Shown here: positions 62,928 to 64,000 of the stretch, piece by piece
Layout of the letters: each line of letters starts with the position of its first letter
Position numbering within the stretch: the stretch's first letter is position 1
DNA from: Candidatus Latescibacterota bacterium
GTDB taxonomy: Bacteria; Latescibacterota; UBA2968
DNA: 64,000 nucleotides
Direction: 5' to 3'
Assembly: GCA_038279365.1 (NCBI GenBank)
Contig: JAYODI010000006.1
Location: 22,268-86,267 of the forward strand
Made by a program: the position numbers and the translations under genes
The notes under the pieces: generated by a model
Databases searched by the model: none
Told to the model about the DNA's origin: nothing
What the model saw: only the letters and a program-made list of their open reading frames with translations

Positions 62928-63901
62928 GGGGTTTATTGTGCATGATTTGGTTGTTTTGTGCGTCATCGACCTTTGGTGCAGAACGCGCACACACCCACAT
63001 CAGCAGCTTTGTTCATCAAATCACCCTCACCCGTGATTCAACGCAAACGCGTTTAACGCAGTGGGTTGCCCCCATTCGCCTCCAAATTCCTATTGCCAAA
63101 GGCAATATTCAAATTCGGTCTGCTGCGATGATTTTCCATCAAGATGCAACGGCCAATGACCAAATATGGGGCGCGACAAATACAGACATTCAAGGGCAGT
63201 GGGCAGTGGGCAAAGTCGCTCACTTAAGCCTACATGCATCCATTCCAACAGGCAAGCATGCCTTAAGCACTTCTGATGCTACGCTCGCCCAAAATCTTTT
63301 CCGAAACGACCTGAATTTTCCTGTAAAAACATTTGGGCAAGGTTTGGATTATGGAGGCGCATTCAGTTTGGTTCGCCACCGTGGCTTTTGGACGTGGAGT
63401 GCTGGTTTTGCCTACCAACGCAAAGGTGCTTATGAACCCCTTACGGGCGTGACCAACTACAAACCAGGGGATGTCATATCGGGTTCCATCGGTTTTGACT
63501 ATACTCATGGCTCTTTTGTTTATCGTCTCAGTGCGGCGGGTACTTATTATTTAACAGATCGCCAAAACAACCTCGTGGTCTTTCAAAATGGCAAACAAAT
63601 TTTGTTACAAGGCGCAATAATCTACACGGCGGGAAAATTTAAAGTCATATCAGAAATCACAGAAATTGCCCGTCTCAAAAACCAAGCACTCACCAATGGT
63701 GCCTTTTTGTATGAAACCAGAGACAGCAATGGAAATGATTTGCGAGGAAATCTTGAAATCAGTTTTATGCCAACCCAATACCTCACCCTCTATGGCACAG
63801 GTTATGCCAAACATTTAACGGCCAATGCCCACCCAGCAAACACCCCACTCTATCAAGGCGACGCTTATTTGATAGAAGGTGGCGGGGGCGTCGTTTTTTA
63901 A
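62924..63901 (+). CDS. Putative outer-membrane beta-barrel protein (3' end unreliable)
   Basis: Signal peptide, alternating beta-strand patterns, ATGA overlap with the upstream gene; sequence degrades near 63880. Confidence 0.6.
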   Translation: MRGLLCMIWLFCASSTFGAERAHTHISSFVHQITLTRDSTQTRLTQWVAPIRLQIPIAKGNIQIRSAAMIFHQDATANDQIWGATNTDIQGQWAVGKVAHLSLHASIPTGKHALSTSDATLAQNLFRNDLNFPVKTFGQGLDYGGAFSLVRHRGFWTWSAGFAYQRKGAYEPLTGVTNYKPGDVISGSIGFDYTHGSFVYRLSAAGTYYLTDRQNNLVVFQNGKQILLQGAIIYTAGKFKVISEITEIARLKNQALTNGAFLYETRDSNGNDLRGNLEISFMPTQYLTLYGTGYAKHLTANAHPANTPLYQGDAYLIEGGGGVVF

Positions 63902-64000
63902 ATTTTGGCCGATCAAAACAAACCACGCGCCCCCCAAAAAAAACGCAAAACACAAAACAAAAAAAAAAACCATAAAACAAATTAAAAAAAACCGGGGGTT

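Noticed and set aside
63880-64000. A/C homopolymer-rich tail as a biological repeat
   Set aside because: Looks like low-quality read-end sequence; it also makes the 63901 stop codon doubtful.

Overview
Bacterial chromosomal window. The lineage is inferred to be an FCB-group-like diderm, possibly Latescibacterota, from the DUF6785-type membrane protein, bamD-nadD linkage and gene style; this is not proven. Left part (1-29.2 kb) is mixed. It holds a flagellar trio (fliC with a sigma28 promoter and CsrA-type sites, fliN, fliL), an orphan GAF histidine kinase, a GT2, zapA, cpoB-bamD-nadD, a methyltransferase, rbsK and several orphan small or secreted proteins. It continues with purB-rmlC-purL, a thioredoxin-fold protein, galK, an in-frame GalE-GalT fusion, a truncated sensor kinase, greA and rlmD. 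Middle and right (29.3-58.8 kb, minus strand) is one continuous translation/transcription supercluster: tRNA-Tyr/Gly/Thr/Trp, secE-nusG-rplKAJL-rpoBC, str, S10, spc and alpha. tufB, rpmG, adk, map and infA are missing from their usual positions. The right end has a TIM-barrel isomerase, a PAS kinase and a lipoprotein/beta-barrel pair, then low-quality sequence. The most notable observations are the linker-less GalE-GalT fusion with a ~50 aa insertion, the GAA-loop hairpin elements and 8-bp repeat arrays bracketing rmlC, a Gly92Ser change in the near-invariant S12 DLPGV motif, and a double-hairpin greA leader. No CRISPR array, rRNA, transposase or prophage was seen.
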